Shown here piece after piece: positions 10,183-21,376 of a stretch of DNA of 64,000 nucleotides. A program made the translations under genes and the position numbers. Location: positions 1-64,000 of the forward strand of contig NZ_JABEMC010000008.1 of assembly GCF_013004595.1 (NCBI RefSeq), given 5' to 3'. The stretch comes from Brevibacterium luteolum (lineage in GTDB: Bacteria; Actinomycetota; Actinomycetes; Actinomycetales; Brevibacteriaceae). The notes below the pieces were generated by a model. The model saw only the letters and a program-made list of their open reading frames with translations, ran no database searches and had not been told where the DNA came from. Numbering within the stretch: position 1 is the stretch's first letter; each line of letters begins with the position of its first letter.

Positions 10183-12864
10183 TCACCCCATGCTCATGCG
10201 CCGGCGCAGCGAATCCATCCGGTCGGCTTCAGCGGCGAGTTCGACTTTGACGGAGAGCAGGTACGCATCGCCTTCGGTCACCGAGATCGGCCGCAGCTCG
10301 ATCTCACGCACAGCCGGGAACTCCTCGACGAGTGCTGAGAGCCTGAGGATGACCTCCTCGGCCGGTGCCATGTTCATCACCGGCAGGCCCTTGTAGCCGA
10401 ACAGCCGTGGTGAGGACTTCAGCGAACGGACCATCTCCCTGGCGTCGACATCGGTCAGCGGTGCGACCCGATGGGCGACGTCATCGAGCAGCTCAGTCGT
10501 ATCCCCGGCCAGGGAGAAGGACACCATCGGCCCGAGCAGCGGATCCTCACCGGCGGAGATGACACACGCGGTGCCGGGCGGGGCCATCGGCTGCACATCG
10601 ATGCCGTGGTCCTCGTCCTCGTTAAGCAGCGAATCGATGACCTCGGCGATGCCCTCCCAGTCCTCGGCGAGCTCTTCCGGGGTGTCGATGTTCAGCCGCA
10701 CCCCGCCGAGCTCCATCCGGTGCCGCAGCCGTTTGTGCACGGCTTTGAGCGCGACCGGGTAGCCGAGCTTCTCAGCGGCGGCGATGCCCTCCTCGACGGA
10801 GTACGAGGTGATGTAGGGCAGGCATTCGACGCCGTAGTGGGCGAGCAGCTGCCGGGAGTCGTCCCGGCTGAGGATGACCCGTTCACCGGCGTCGACGCCG
10901 TCGAGGTTGCGTTCGATGATCTTGCGGGCTGCGCGCACATCGAGGTCGTCGAACTCCGGGTAGACGCCGTGGTCGGCCTTCTTCCACATCGCATAGTCGG
11001 TCGCCCGAGCCAGCGCCCACACAGCATCTTCGGGGCCGATGTAGCTGGGCACCGTGTGCGCGGTCGTGGTGCCCTCACCGTCGTCGATGCGGGCGGTGAG
11101 CTCGTCCTGCACACCGGTGATGCCGAGGAAGCAGGCGACGGTCGTCTTGCCCGAGGCCGCGGCCGTCTCCGCCAGCACGGTGGCGATCTCCCGCTCATCA
11201 GCACCGGCCGAGGGGGTGAAGGTGACGACGACGGTGTCGATCGAGCTGTCGGCGTACATGTCCTCCAACTGTCGGCCGAACTCCTCGACGCTGACCTCCG
11301 GGTGCATCGACACAGCAGGCGATTCCACCCGCAGCCCTTCGGAGCGGGCGCGCTGGATGATCAGCGTCGAGAGAGCCGCGGAATTGCCGATCACTCCGAC
11401 CCGCCGGCCGCGCGGTGCCGGCTGGGTCGCGAAGACCTGGGCTGCGTCGAAGAGCTGGTGGATCGTATCGGCGCGGATCACCCCGGCCTGCCCGAGCACC
11501 TGGTCGAGTGCCTTGCCCGACAGACTCGACAGACGCACCTGGTGCCCGGGCGGCAGCTCCCGGCCGGTGAGATCGGATTTGATGACGATGACCGGTTTGA
11601 CCCGGGAGACCCGGCGGGCGATGCGGGAGAACTTGCGCGGATTGCCGATCGACTCCAGATACAGGCCCACCGCCTGCGTCGCCGGGTCCTCCTCCCAGTA
11701 CTGCAGCATGTCATTGCCCGACAGATCCGCCCGGTTGCCGGCAGACACGAACGTCGAGATCCCCAGCCCGCGGGTCTTCGCCGCAGCCAGGAGCGCGGTG
11801 CCGAGCGCCCCGGACTGGCTGAACAGGCCCAAGGTTCCCGCCTCGGGCAGGAACGGGGCGAGCGAGGCGTTGAGCGAGACCTCGGGCGAGGTGTTGGCCA
11901 CGCCGAACGAGTTCGGGCCCACCACCCGCATGCCGTGGGAGCGGGCGGTGGTGACCATCTGCCGCTGCAGCTCCAGGCCGTGCTCGCCGGTCTCAGCGAA
12001 ACCAGACGAGATGACGACGCAGGCCTTCACGCCGTGGGCGGCGCAGTCGCGGACCACCTGGGCACACGATTCGGCAGGCACGGCGATGATCGCCAGGTCG
12101 GCCGGGTCGTCGAGCTCATCGAGCGAGCGCACCGCGGGCACACCGGCGACCGCATCGGCTTCGGGGTGGACGACGGAGAGCGTGCCGGTGAAGTCGGCGC
12201 CGACGAGGTTGCGCAGCAGCAGGTTGCCGGTCGAGTTGTGGGTGCGGCTGGCGCCGATGACGACGACTGAGGTCGGGTGCAGGACCTGGCGCACCGAGAT
12301 CGCCTCTGCGCGGTGCTCGCGGGCCTCCTGGACCTGCATCGACTTCTCGGTCGGGTCGATGTCGAAGCGCACGGCGACGACCCCGTCGTCGAACTCGCGG
12401 GAGACCTCGTAGCCGGCGGCGGCGAAGACCTGCAGCATCTGCCGGTTCTGGGGCAGCACCTCGGCGGTGAAGACGCTGATCCCGCACTCCCGCGCAGCAG
12501 CGGCGAGGTGCTCTAAGAAGATCGAGCCGATGCCGCGGCCGTGGTGGGCGTCAGCGATGTTGAACGCGACCTCCGCCGAGGTGTCGTCGAGCCGGTCGTA
12601 GCGGGCGGTGCCGATGATCTCCTCGCCGATCGTCATGACGAAGGCGACCCGGTCGTGATAGTCGACGTTGACGAACCGGTCGAGGTCCTTGGCCGGGATC
12701 ACCGGCAGGGGAGCGAAGAAGCGCAGATAGATGGACTCCGGGGACTGCTTGGAGTGCATCTCCTGCACACCGGCGGCATCCTCCGGCACAATCGGGCGCA
12801 GATGAGCCGTGGCTCCATCGCGCAGGACGACATCGGCTTCCCAATACGCTGGATATGCTCCCAT
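10183..12864 (-). CDS. GNAT N-acetyltransferase fused to NDP-forming acyl-CoA synthetase-like domains (Pat-like)
   Basis: N-terminal AEVAF...HGRGIG GNAT, CoA-binding VIGAS/GPNSFG/SQSG and ATP-grasp C-terminus; TATGCT-N6-ATG start. Confidence 0.88.
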   Translation of the reverse strand: MGAYPAYWEADVVLRDGATAHLRPIVPEDAAGVQEMHSKQSPESIYLRFFAPLPVIPAKDLDRFVNVDYHDRVAFVMTIGEEIIGTARYDRLDDTSAEVAFNIADAHHGRGIGSIFLEHLAAAARECGISVFTAEVLPQNRQMLQVFAAAGYEVSREFDDGVVAVRFDIDPTEKSMQVQEAREHRAEAISVRQVLHPTSVVVIGASRTHNSTGNLLLRNLVGADFTGTLSVVHPEADAVAGVPAVRSLDELDDPADLAIIAVPAESCAQVVRDCAAHGVKACVVISSGFAETGEHGLELQRQMVTTARSHGMRVVGPNSFGVANTSPEVSLNASLAPFLPEAGTLGLFSQSGALGTALLAAAKTRGLGISTFVSAGNRADLSGNDMLQYWEEDPATQAVGLYLESIGNPRKFSRIARRVSRVKPVIVIKSDLTGRELPPGHQVRLSSLSGKALDQVLGQAGVIRADTIHQLFDAAQVFATQPAPRGRRVGVIGNSAALSTLIIQRARSEGLRVESPAVSMHPEVSVEEFGRQLEDMYADSSIDTVVVTFTPSAGADEREIATVLAETAAASGKTTVACFLGITGVQDELTARIDDGEGTTTAHTVPSYIGPEDAVWALARATDYAMWKKADHGVYPEFDDLDVRAARKIIERNLDGVDAGERVILSRDDSRQLLAHYGVECLPYITSYSVEEGIAAAEKLGYPVALKAVHKRLRHRMELGGVRLNIDTPEELAEDWEGIAEVIDSLLNEDEDHGIDVQPMAPPGTACVISAGEDPLLGPMVSFSLAGDTTELLDDVAHRVAPLTDVDAREMVRSLKSSPRLFGYKGLPVMNMAPAEEVILRLSALVEEFPAVREIELRPISVTEGDAYLLSVKVELAAEADRMDSLRRRMSMG

Positions 12865-12944
12865 GACGCCAGCATAGTGACTCGGCTGCACCCGGTGGTA
12901 GTGGCCGGTGGGGTGCAGGCCGGGCTGTGGGGCACAATGGGGGC

Positions 12945-13547
12945 ATGCCCACGATCCCGCAATCACTTGCCCACGACCTGCAGTCAGCCGGGTACTATCC
13001 GCAGCTGGCCGCTGAGATGCTGAGCGAATCGCTGTTCGGTGAGCCGGTCGTCTCACACCTGGTGCACATGGAGACCCACGTCGATCTCGACGCGATCCAC
13101 CGCCACCTCACCGCCTTCGTCCTCACTCCGACCCGGCTGCTGCTCACCCACATCGACGACGAACCGCAGACCGAGCTTGGCAAGATGCCCCGAGGGCTCA
13201 CCACCACCGAGGACATCGCGCTCGCCCGCGTGAGCAACGCCCTCATCTCCCGCACCTACGACAATCCAGCCGACTTCGAACCCGGTGAACGCCCCGTCGA
13301 GGTCGCCCTCACCTTGGGCTGGGGATCGATGCGCCGCATCGACACGGTGCCCGAATCCTGCGGCGACCCCGACTGCGACGGCGACCACGGCTACTCCGGC
13401 TCCAGCTATCCCGAGGACGTCACCCTGCGGGTCTCCGCCCAGGCCGAAGGGCAGGCCGCTGTCGACCAGGCGCTCGACTTCGCCCTCAACCTGCGCCGTC
13501 TGGTCTTCGAGGCCCGCCGCAGCGCTGGTCTGCCCGGCGGGCTGTGA
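12945..13547 (+). CDS. conserved actinobacterial protein (DUF5998-like)
   Basis: AGYYP, HLT..VLTPTRL and CGDPDCDGDHGY motifs; CACAAT-N6-ATG start. Confidence 0.8.
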   Translation: MPTIPQSLAHDLQSAGYYPQLAAEMLSESLFGEPVVSHLVHMETHVDLDAIHRHLTAFVLTPTRLLLTHIDDEPQTELGKMPRGLTTTEDIALARVSNALISRTYDNPADFEPGERPVEVALTLGWGSMRRIDTVPESCGDPDCDGDHGYSGSSYPEDVTLRVSAQAEGQAAVDQALDFALNLRRLVFEARRSAGLPGGL

Positions 13548-14698
13548 GCATGCAGACGCGCCAAGCCCCTGACTACCGGAACTCCCCGCTGCTCTCCGAT
13601 GTCATCCCGGCTGCCGCGATCAGCCTCGGGGCCCGGGAGATCCTCGACGACGGAGCTGCTGAGCGGGCGCTGAAGCTCGGCTTCGATGCCGAACCGCGGG
13701 TGGTCGTCGTCGCGCTCATCGACGGACTCGGCGCCGAGCTGCTGCGCGCCCGTGCTGCGCACGCCCCGTTCCTGCGCGGGCTGCTGCCGGACATGCTCGC
13801 CATGAGCGCAGGCTTCCCGTCGACGACGGCGAACTCGCTGTCCTCCCTGGGCACCGGGATGCTGCCCGGCGCCCACGGGGTGGTCGGCTACCAGCTGCTC
13901 GACCCGGAGCGCGAGATCGTGTTCAACCAGCTGACCTGGGACCCCGAGGTCGATCCCGAGGTGTGGGTGCCGGATGCGACGATGTTCGAACGCCTCGTCA
14001 GCACCGGGGTCGACGTCGTCAGTCTGGGAGAGCCGAAGTTCGCCGGCCGCGGGCTCAACCAGGCATCCCTGCGCGGCGGCCGGTTCCGCGGCTCACGCAC
14101 GATGAGCCAGCGCGTCGATCACGCCCTCGAAGAGATCCGCCGGCCCGGCAGGCGCCTCGTCTACTTCTACTGGGGCAACCTGGACAAGACCGGCCACGTC
14201 CACGGCGTCGACTCATGGCATTGGCTCGAAGAACTCGAAGAGGTCGACGGGCACCTGTCGCGACTGGCCAACGGCCTGCCGCATGACGCCCAACTGGCCA
14301 TCACCGCCGACCACGGCATGGTCGACATCCCGCATGAGGGCCGCCTCGACCTCGCCGACCATCCGCACCTGCGCGAGGGGCTGCGTGCTGTGGGCGGCGA
14401 ACCGCGTGCGGTGCACCTCTACGTGCGGCCCGGCGCCTGCGAAACCGTCCACACCGCCTTCGCGGAGGCTCTCGGTAACCGGGCGCTGGTGATGACCCGT
14501 GAGCAGGCGATCGCCCGTGGCTTCTTCGGACCCGTGCGCCCGCAGAACCTCCAGCGCATCGGCGATGTCATCGTCGTCTGCGAGGCCGGCACCGGCATCG
14601 TCGATTCGGAGCACGACTCACCCTCGGCGCTCGCCCTCATCGGTCACCACGGCGGCATCACCAGCCAGGAGCTGGCGATCCCGCTCTTACGCACGTAA
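13544..14698 (+). CDS. alkaline phosphatase superfamily / nucleotide pyrophosphatase-phosphodiesterase
   Basis: LIDGLG, FPSTT, LDKTGH, TADHGM and GHHG. Confidence 0.88.
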   Translation: MSMQTRQAPDYRNSPLLSDVIPAAAISLGAREILDDGAAERALKLGFDAEPRVVVVALIDGLGAELLRARAAHAPFLRGLLPDMLAMSAGFPSTTANSLSSLGTGMLPGAHGVVGYQLLDPEREIVFNQLTWDPEVDPEVWVPDATMFERLVSTGVDVVSLGEPKFAGRGLNQASLRGGRFRGSRTMSQRVDHALEEIRRPGRRLVYFYWGNLDKTGHVHGVDSWHWLEELEEVDGHLSRLANGLPHDAQLAITADHGMVDIPHEGRLDLADHPHLREGLRAVGGEPRAVHLYVRPGACETVHTAFAEALGNRALVMTREQAIARGFFGPVRPQNLQRIGDVIVVCEAGTGIVDSEHDSPSALALIGHHGGITSQELAIPLLRT

Positions 14699-14735
14699 GC
14701 CGGCCACCGCCTCGGGCGCGGGGAGTGACACGCGG

Positions 14736-15197
14736 TCAACCGCCGTCGACGTTGAGCACCTCACGGCGGTGCTTCCGGCGCCTGGGGGTCACGCGGTAGA
14801 CGACGAGGCGGTACATAAGGTAGCGGAAGATGTTGCCCAAGCCGACGCCGACGACATTGGCGGAGATGTTGTCGGCCAGTGCCGAGCGGAAGCCGAGCAG
14901 GTAGTGCGAGACCCACAGACACGCCATCGCGATGAGCAGGCCGATGGCGTTGACGACGAAGAACCACACCGCCTCACGGGTCGCTGAGCGGTTCCTGCCG
15001 TCTCTGAACGTCCAGTAGCGCGAACCGAGCCAGGCGACGAGGGTGGCGAGGGTGACCGAGATGATCTTCGCCCACATCGGGCCGATCCCGAGAGCCTCGG
15101 GGCGCAGCAGGTTGAAGACGAGGAAGTCGACGCCGAAGGCGACGAGGCCGACGACGGAGAACTTCGCGACCCGCTTGGCCTCCTTGCGCATCTCCAT
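14736..15197 (-). CDS. GtrA-family membrane protein
   Basis: KFSVVG..AFGVD, RYWTF, four hydrophobic segments; usual position divergent from purK. Confidence 0.85.
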   Translation of the reverse strand: MEMRKEAKRVAKFSVVGLVAFGVDFLVFNLLRPEALGIGPMWAKIISVTLATLVAWLGSRYWTFRDGRNRSATREAVWFFVVNAIGLLIAMACLWVSHYLLGFRSALADNISANVVGVGLGNIFRYLMYRLVVYRVTPRRRKHRREVLNVDGG

Positions 15198-15321
15198 GAC
15201 CGCGCACCTGTCTGTCGTCGGGATCCGTCATTCCTGCCGTTTCCGAGATTACCGGACGCGCATGCCCGGCGGTCGCAGACCCTCCGGCTGCCCACGGTGT
15301 GGTGACGGGTACAGTGGTGCT

Positions 15322-16536
15322 GTGACTTTTCCCAAAGTAGGAGTGATCGGCGGAGGCCAGCTGGCGCGCATGATGGCCCCGGCCGCCGAGGCGCTGGGCG
15401 TGGGATTCCACGTGCTGGCCGAAAGCGACGACGTCTGCGCCACCGAGGTCTCCGCCCATGTGACCGTCGGCGACTACCGCGACTATCCGACGCTCAAAGC
15501 CTTCGCCGAGACCGTCGATGTCCTCACCTTCGACCACGAGCACGTGCCGCCGGAGCACCTGCGTCAACTCGCCGCCGCCGGCCACCCGTGTCATCCCGGT
15601 CCCGAGGCGCTCATCCACGCCCAGGACAAGCTCATCATGCGCGCGAAGATGGACGAACTCGGCCTGCCGAACCCGCGCTGGGCGCAGGTGAGCTCGACCG
15701 AGGAGCTCGAGGCCTTCGGTGCCGAGATCGGGTTCCCGCTCATCCTCAAGACCCCGCGCGGCGGCTACGACGGCCACGGCGTGCGCGTCATCGACGCCGC
15801 CTCCGAGGCCGCCGACTGGCTGGCCGAGGGCGCACCGCTGCTGGCGGAGGAGAAGATCGACTTCACCCGCGAGCTCGCCGTCATGGTCGCCCGCTCGCCG
15901 ATGGGCCAGACTGCCGTGTGGCCGGTCGTGGCAACCTACCAGCAGGACGGGATCTGCAAGGAGGCCCTCGCCCCCGCTCCCGGTCTCGACGCCGAGCTGG
16001 CCCGGCAGATCTCTGCCGATGTGCTGCGGGTGGCCGGCAGCCTCGAGGTCACCGGCGTCATGGCGATGGAGATGTTTGAGACCTCAGACGGCTACGTCGT
16101 CAACGAGCTGGCGATGCGCCCGCACAACACCGGCCACTGGAGCCAGGACGGCTCGATCACCTCGCAGTTCGAACAGCACCTGCGCGCCGTCCTCGACCTG
16201 CCGCTGGGCGACCCGGCAGCCCACACACCGGTGACCGCGATGGTCAACGTGCTCGGCGCTGACCGCGACGACCTCTACCACGCCTACCTGCACGTCATGG
16301 CCCATGACCCGCAGGTCAAGATCCACATGTACGGCAAGCAGGTGCGGCCCGGCCGCAAGCTCGGACACGTCAACCTCACCGGCACCGACGCCGCCGAGGT
16401 GCTGCGCCGGGCCCGGCATGCCGCCGACTACATCGCCGGCACCGACCCCGACCCGCACCCGGACCACCGCACCGGGGGAGCAGAGCACCTCGTCGGCGGG
16501 GGCGCCGGCCCAGCTGCAGAAGGGAACCGTTCATGA
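15322..16536 (+). CDS. purK: N5-CAIR synthetase
   Basis: [35 protein letters not shown] and RKLGH; TACAGT-N6-GTG start. Confidence 0.96.
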   Translation: MTFPKVGVIGGGQLARMMAPAAEALGVGFHVLAESDDVCATEVSAHVTVGDYRDYPTLKAFAETVDVLTFDHEHVPPEHLRQLAAAGHPCHPGPEALIHAQDKLIMRAKMDELGLPNPRWAQVSSTEELEAFGAEIGFPLILKTPRGGYDGHGVRVIDAASEAADWLAEGAPLLAEEKIDFTRELAVMVARSPMGQTAVWPVVATYQQDGICKEALAPAPGLDAELARQISADVLRVAGSLEVTGVMAMEMFETSDGYVVNELAMRPHNTGHWSQDGSITSQFEQHLRAVLDLPLGDPAAHTPVTAMVNVLGADRDDLYHAYLHVMAHDPQVKIHMYGKQVRPGRKLGHVNLTGTDAAEVLRRARHAADYIAGTDPDPHPDHRTGGAEHLVGGGAGPAAEGNRS

Positions 16537-17066
16537 CTGAGCCAGCCACCGCTGCGAAAGCGGGCCCGGTCGGCATCGTGATGGGATCGGACTCCGACTG
16601 GCCGACGATGCGCGCGGCCGCCGAGGTGCTCGGCGAGCTCGGCATCTCCGCCAGCGCCGAGGTGGTCTCAGCCCACCGGATGCCCCACGAGATGATCGAA
16701 TGGGGCACCACCGCCGCCGAGCGCGGGATCCGGGTCATCATCGCCGGCGCCGGGGGAGCGGCCCACCTGCCCGGTATGCTCGCTTCGGTCACCTCACTGC
16801 CGGTCATCGGCGTGCCGGTGCCGCTCAAGCAGCTCGACGGGATGGATTCCCTGCTCTCAATCGTGCAGATGCCCGCTGGCGTGCCCGTGGCGACCGTCTC
16901 GATCGGCGGTGCCAAGAACGCCGGCCTGCTCGCCGCCCGCATCCTCGGGGCAGGCGAGTCAGAGGACGCTGCTGCGATCCGGCAGCGACTCGATGGCTAC
17001 CGCAACGAACTCAAGGCCACCGCCGAGGCCAAAGGCCGCGCGCTGCTCGACCAGCTCGACGGCTGA
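16533..17066 (+). CDS. purE: N5-CAIR mutase
   Basis: [20 protein letters not shown] and [10 protein letters not shown]. Confidence 0.97.
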   Translation: MTEPATAAKAGPVGIVMGSDSDWPTMRAAAEVLGELGISASAEVVSAHRMPHEMIEWGTTAAERGIRVIIAGAGGAAHLPGMLASVTSLPVIGVPVPLKQLDGMDSLLSIVQMPAGVPVATVSIGGAKNAGLLAARILGAGESEDAAAIRQRLDGYRNELKATAEAKGRALLDQLDG

Positions 17067-17124
17067 CCCCCACTCGACCCGACCCGGCACCTGGGTGCCG
17101 GAGCATCACCTGACAAGGAGAGAC

Positions 17125-18273
17125 ATGTTCGACATCTATAAGCTGAGCGAGGACCACGAAGCGATCCGCGAAGCCGTCCGCGAGGTCGTCGACGCCAAGA
17201 TCGCCCCGCACGCAGCCGACGTCGACGCCAGCGCCCGCTACCCGCAGGAAGCCCACGACGCGCTCGTGGCCACCGACTTCTTCGCCCCGCACATCCCCGA
17301 GGAGTACGGCGGCGTCGGCGCTGATGCGCTGGCCACCGCGATCGTCATCGAAGAGGTCGCCCGCGGCTGCATGTCGTCGTCGCTCATCCCAGCGGTCAAC
17401 AAGCTCGGCTCGATGCCGGTGCAGATCGGCGGATCCGAGGAGATCAAGCAGAAGTACTTCCCGGCTGTCGCTTCAGGTGAGTCAGGATTCTCCTACGGCC
17501 TGTCCGAGCGCGAGGCCGGCTCTGATACCGCGAGCATGAAGACCCGCGCGGTGCGCGACGGGGATGACTGGGTGCTCAACGGCGTCAAGACCTGGATCAC
17601 CAATGCGGGTGTGTCCGACTTCTACACCGTCATGGCCGTCACCGACCCCGATGGGCCGCGCGGACGCAACATCTCCGCCTTCGTCGTCGAGAAGTCCGAT
17701 GAGGGCTTCTCCTTCGGTGAGAAGGAGCGCAAGCTCGGCATCAAGGGCAGCCCGACCCGTGAGCTGTTCTTCGAGAACTGCCGCATCCCCGGCGACCGGA
17801 TCGTCGGCGAGGAGGGCCAGGGACTCAAGATCGCACTGCAGACCCTTGACCACACCCGCGTCACCATCGCCGCGCAGGCACTCGGCGTGGCCCAGGGTGC
17901 GCTCGACTACGCGATCGGCTACATCAAGGAGCGCAAGCAGTTCGGCAAGCCGGTCTCGGAGTTCCAGGCGCTGCAGTTCATGGTCGCCGACATGGGCATG
18001 AAGCTCGAAGCCGCCCGCCAGCTCACCTACGCCGCCGCGGCCAAGAGCGAGCGCAACGACGACGACCTCGGCTACTTCGGTGCTGCTGCCAAGGCGTACG
18101 CCTCGGATGTCGCCATGGAGATCACCACTGATGCCGTGCAGCTGCTCGGCGGCGCCGGCTACGTGCAGGACCACCCGGTCGAACGGATGATGCGCGATGC
18201 CAAAATCACCCAGATCTACGAAGGCACCAACCAGATCCAGCGCCTCGTCATGGGCCGCAAGCTGCTGGGGTGA
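17125..18273 (+). CDS. acyl-CoA dehydrogenase (FadE25-like)
   Basis: LSEREAGSD, NGVKTWITN, ERKQFGK and QIYEGTNQIQR; SD AAGGAG. Confidence 0.93.
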   Translation: MFDIYKLSEDHEAIREAVREVVDAKIAPHAADVDASARYPQEAHDALVATDFFAPHIPEEYGGVGADALATAIVIEEVARGCMSSSLIPAVNKLGSMPVQIGGSEEIKQKYFPAVASGESGFSYGLSEREAGSDTASMKTRAVRDGDDWVLNGVKTWITNAGVSDFYTVMAVTDPDGPRGRNISAFVVEKSDEGFSFGEKERKLGIKGSPTRELFFENCRIPGDRIVGEEGQGLKIALQTLDHTRVTIAAQALGVAQGALDYAIGYIKERKQFGKPVSEFQALQFMVADMGMKLEAARQLTYAAAAKSERNDDDLGYFGAAAKAYASDVAMEITTDAVQLLGGAGYVQDHPVERMMRDAKITQIYEGTNQIQRLVMGRKLLG

Positions 18274-18283
18274 TGTGACGCTG

Positions 18284-18326
18284 ATGGGGCCGGTGCGGAC
18301 GCGTTACGCGTTCACACCGGCCCCAT
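18284..18326. terminator. hairpin terminator between convergent genes
   Basis: ATGGGGCCGGTG...CACCGGCCCCAT. Confidence 0.7.
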
Positions 18327-18359
18327 TATCGTCTCCGGATTACTCTCCGTCCTGTTGGG

Positions 18360-19790
18360 TCAGCCGATCGCCGACAAGATGAGGAGATAGGTGCTGACGA
18401 CGCCGATCATGACGAGCACCGGCGGCACCGTGTAGCCGACGACCTCACCGAACTTCAGCTTGAAGTTCGCGAGGTACGGCAGCGCGAAGAACGGGATGAG
18501 GAGATTGAACACCGCGTCACCCATCTGGTAGGCCTGCATGACCAGGCTGAAGTCCGCCTGCAGGTCGAGTGTGGTGGGAACGATGTACGGAGCCTCAATG
18601 ACGAACTTGGAACCGCCGGACGGGACGGCGATGTTGAGGATTCCCGAGTAGAGGAACGCGATGAACGGCCAGGTCGTCGCGTTCGAGATGGCGGTGAACG
18701 CCTGCGAGATCAGGACGCCGAGTCCGGTGGCACTGATGAGGCCGAAGATTCCTGCGTAGAACGGGAACTGCAGGATGAATCCCCACGTGCCGGAGATGCC
18801 CTCACGCACGAGTCCTGCGTAGTATTCAGGGCCCTGATTGGCGCACAGCAGAATGCCGAGGGTCAGGAACAGGAAGTTGTAGGCGTTGAGGTCGAGGCCG
18901 GCGATGCCGGTTGCAGCGATATTGAGGATGCTGAAGGCCAGACCGATGCCGCCGACCACGATCATGACGATGCGGCTGGCGTTGGCGCGCTGTGCCGGGG
19001 TGTTGCGTTCGACGATCGCCGAGGCGGCACCTGACTCAAGCTCCTCGAAGACCGAAGCGTCGACCTGCTTCATCTTCGTCTGGTCCTTCGGGTGCATCAG
19101 CAGCATGAAGATGATGCCGACGAGCATGCAGGCGACGAGCAGAAGGCCGAAGTCCGGACGGACGACGGTGTCGGTCAGCGGCACGGAGACCGGGGTCGCT
19201 TCGACGTGGGAATCAGGCACCAGATCGCGCAGGTACTCCGGGGTGGCTGCATACAGCACTGCGGCTCCGGACATGCCGGCTGCTCCGGGGACCATGCACA
19301 TGAACAAGGTGGCCACGAGGACCGGTGCGTGGAGTTTGATATCGCGCTTCTTCGCCTCGGCCAGGAGCTCCTTGCCGAGGACGATGCCGCCCATCATGCC
19401 GAGTCCCCAGTGCACGAAGCCGAGGAGGCTGGCAACGGTTCCGGCCAGGATGATCACCTGTGTGCGGTTCTTCGGGATCCGGGCGACCCAGGTAAGCAGG
19501 CGCTTGGCCGGGGGAGAGGTGGCGACCGCGTTGCCGGTCGCCAGCAGCACTGTCATCTGCATCGTGAATTCGAGCAGGTTCCAGAAGGAACCCGTCCATG
19601 CAGACACGAGCGTGACCTCTTCGGCATCCGATGACCAGAACGAGGTCCCGGTGAGGAAGAAGGCGAGCGCGCCGACGATGATGGTCAGGGCTAAGCAGAT
19701 GACGAACGAATCCGGCATCCAGCGGATGAACCAGGCAAGGTACCGGTCGAGGAACTTTGGCTTACGTTCGAGGTTGGTGGTCGAGCTCAT
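18360..19790 (-). CDS. atoE: short-chain fatty acid transporter (AtoE/TIGR00366 family)
   Basis: RWMPDSF, FWNLLEFTMQM, QFPFYAGI and VPSGGS motifs; multi-pass hydrophobic. Confidence 0.85.
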   Translation of the reverse strand: MSSTTNLERKPKFLDRYLAWFIRWMPDSFVICLALTIIVGALAFFLTGTSFWSSDAEEVTLVSAWTGSFWNLLEFTMQMTVLLATGNAVATSPPAKRLLTWVARIPKNRTQVIILAGTVASLLGFVHWGLGMMGGIVLGKELLAEAKKRDIKLHAPVLVATLFMCMVPGAAGMSGAAVLYAATPEYLRDLVPDSHVEATPVSVPLTDTVVRPDFGLLLVACMLVGIIFMLLMHPKDQTKMKQVDASVFEELESGAASAIVERNTPAQRANASRIVMIVVGGIGLAFSILNIAATGIAGLDLNAYNFLFLTLGILLCANQGPEYYAGLVREGISGTWGFILQFPFYAGIFGLISATGLGVLISQAFTAISNATTWPFIAFLYSGILNIAVPSGGSKFVIEAPYIVPTTLDLQADFSLVMQAYQMGDAVFNLLIPFFALPYLANFKLKFGEVVGYTVPPVLVMIGVVSTYLLILSAIG

Positions 19791-19849
19791 GTGTGAAGTT
19801 CTCCTTGGAAAATGTGCGTGCCGGCGGGCATGCGCGAATGACGCTGGGC

Positions 19850-21376
19850 TCAGCTGTGCTCGCGCAGCTGCTTCTTGTTGATCTTGCCGACGGCCGTGAC
19901 GGGCAGAGCGTCGGTGAGGTGGACGTACTTCGGCCGCTTGTAGCTGGAAAGCACGTCCCGGGAGGCGTTGATGATGTCGCCGGGCTCGACACCCTCACGT
20001 GCGGGTACGACGTAAGCGGTGACCGCCTCACCCCAATCCGGGTGAGGAGTGCCGACGACAGCGACGTCTTGGACGAGATCGAGCGCAGACAGCGCCTGTT
20101 CGACCTCGCTGGCGTAGACGTTGAAGCCGCCGGTGATGATCATGTCCTTCTTGCGATCGACGAGGTAGACGTAACCGTCTTCGTCCATGTAGCCGAGGTC
20201 GCCGGTGTAGAGCCACCCGTTGCGGACTGTCTCCTCTGTCGCTTTGGGACGGTTGAGGTAGCGGTCCATGACATAGGGCGCGCTTCCGATGACTTCGCCG
20301 ACCTCATGCGGATCGCAGTCGGTGTCGTCATTGCGCACGACGCGCACGGCGGCCATGAGCGAGCGCTGGCCACAGCTGCGCAGCCGTTTGGGGAAGCGGT
20401 CGGCGTCGTGGTCGTCTTTGCGAAGGCGTGTGAGGAAGTTCGGTGCCTCGGTCTGTCCGTAGAGCTGCATGAACACCGGGCCGAAGATCCGCAGTCCCTG
20501 ACGCAGTCGCTCCTCCGAAATGGGGGAGGCGCCGTAGAGGATCGTCTGCAGTCGGCCGGGATCGAATTTCGGGCGTTCCTCGGTCGCATCCAGAAGCCGG
20601 TTGATCATGGTCGGCACCATGAACAGATACGTCACGCCACCGGTCTCGATCTTGTTTAGGGTGGACTCCATGTCGAACTGCTTCATCACCTCGACAACGG
20701 CTCCCTGCAGCAGACCGGCGAGTGCAAGGACGCCTGCGCTGTGGGGGAGCGGCGAGGACAGCAGCAGGTGATCGTCAGCCGTGATCTCGGTTTCGATGAC
20801 GTGCGAGAGGAGATTGGAGGCGAAGCCCTTCTGCAGGTGGACGACACCCTTCGGCCGGCCGGTCGTGCCTCCGGTGTACATGATCAGCGCGATATCCTCG
20901 GCGCTGACAGCAGGCAGCTCCTGTGCGGCATCTGCTGTGAGCGGGCCGTCGGCGTCGGCCACCGCGACACGTCGTTCGTCGGAGACGCTGAGGATGAGCT
21001 TCTCCAGAACGGATTCGCCTGTCGCATCGGACAGCGTGCCTCTGCGAGCATCCGATGTCAGCACCAGCTTCGCACCGGAATCGGATAGGATGTAGGTCAT
21101 CTCTGCTGGCGAGAGCATCAGGTTGATGGGGACTTTGGCAGCGCCGACGGATGCGATCGCCAGGTCGGCGACGAGGTATTCGGCGCTGTTGTCCAGCATG
21201 ATGGCCACCGGGTCGCTGGCTTTGACCCCTCGTGCGATTAGAATGCTGGCGACTTCGCGTGCGGCATTGTGCAGCTCCCGGTACGTCCAGGTTCGTCCGT
21301 CGGCGATGACGGCTGTGCGGCTCCCGTGCTTCTTGACTGCCGGCAGAACCAGGTCCCGGATGACATCACATTGCAT
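19850..21376 (-). CDS. AMP-forming acyl-CoA synthetase
   Basis: YTGGTTGRPKG, YGQTE, TGDLG, RKKDMIITGGFNV and GKINK. Confidence 0.92.
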   Translation of the reverse strand: MQCDVIRDLVLPAVKKHGSRTAVIADGRTWTYRELHNAAREVASILIARGVKASDPVAIMLDNSAEYLVADLAIASVGAAKVPINLMLSPAEMTYILSDSGAKLVLTSDARRGTLSDATGESVLEKLILSVSDERRVAVADADGPLTADAAQELPAVSAEDIALIMYTGGTTGRPKGVVHLQKGFASNLLSHVIETEITADDHLLLSSPLPHSAGVLALAGLLQGAVVEVMKQFDMESTLNKIETGGVTYLFMVPTMINRLLDATEERPKFDPGRLQTILYGASPISEERLRQGLRIFGPVFMQLYGQTEAPNFLTRLRKDDHDADRFPKRLRSCGQRSLMAAVRVVRNDDTDCDPHEVGEVIGSAPYVMDRYLNRPKATEETVRNGWLYTGDLGYMDEDGYVYLVDRKKDMIITGGFNVYASEVEQALSALDLVQDVAVVGTPHPDWGEAVTAYVVPAREGVEPGDIINASRDVLSSYKRPKYVHLTDALPVTAVGKINKKQLREHS

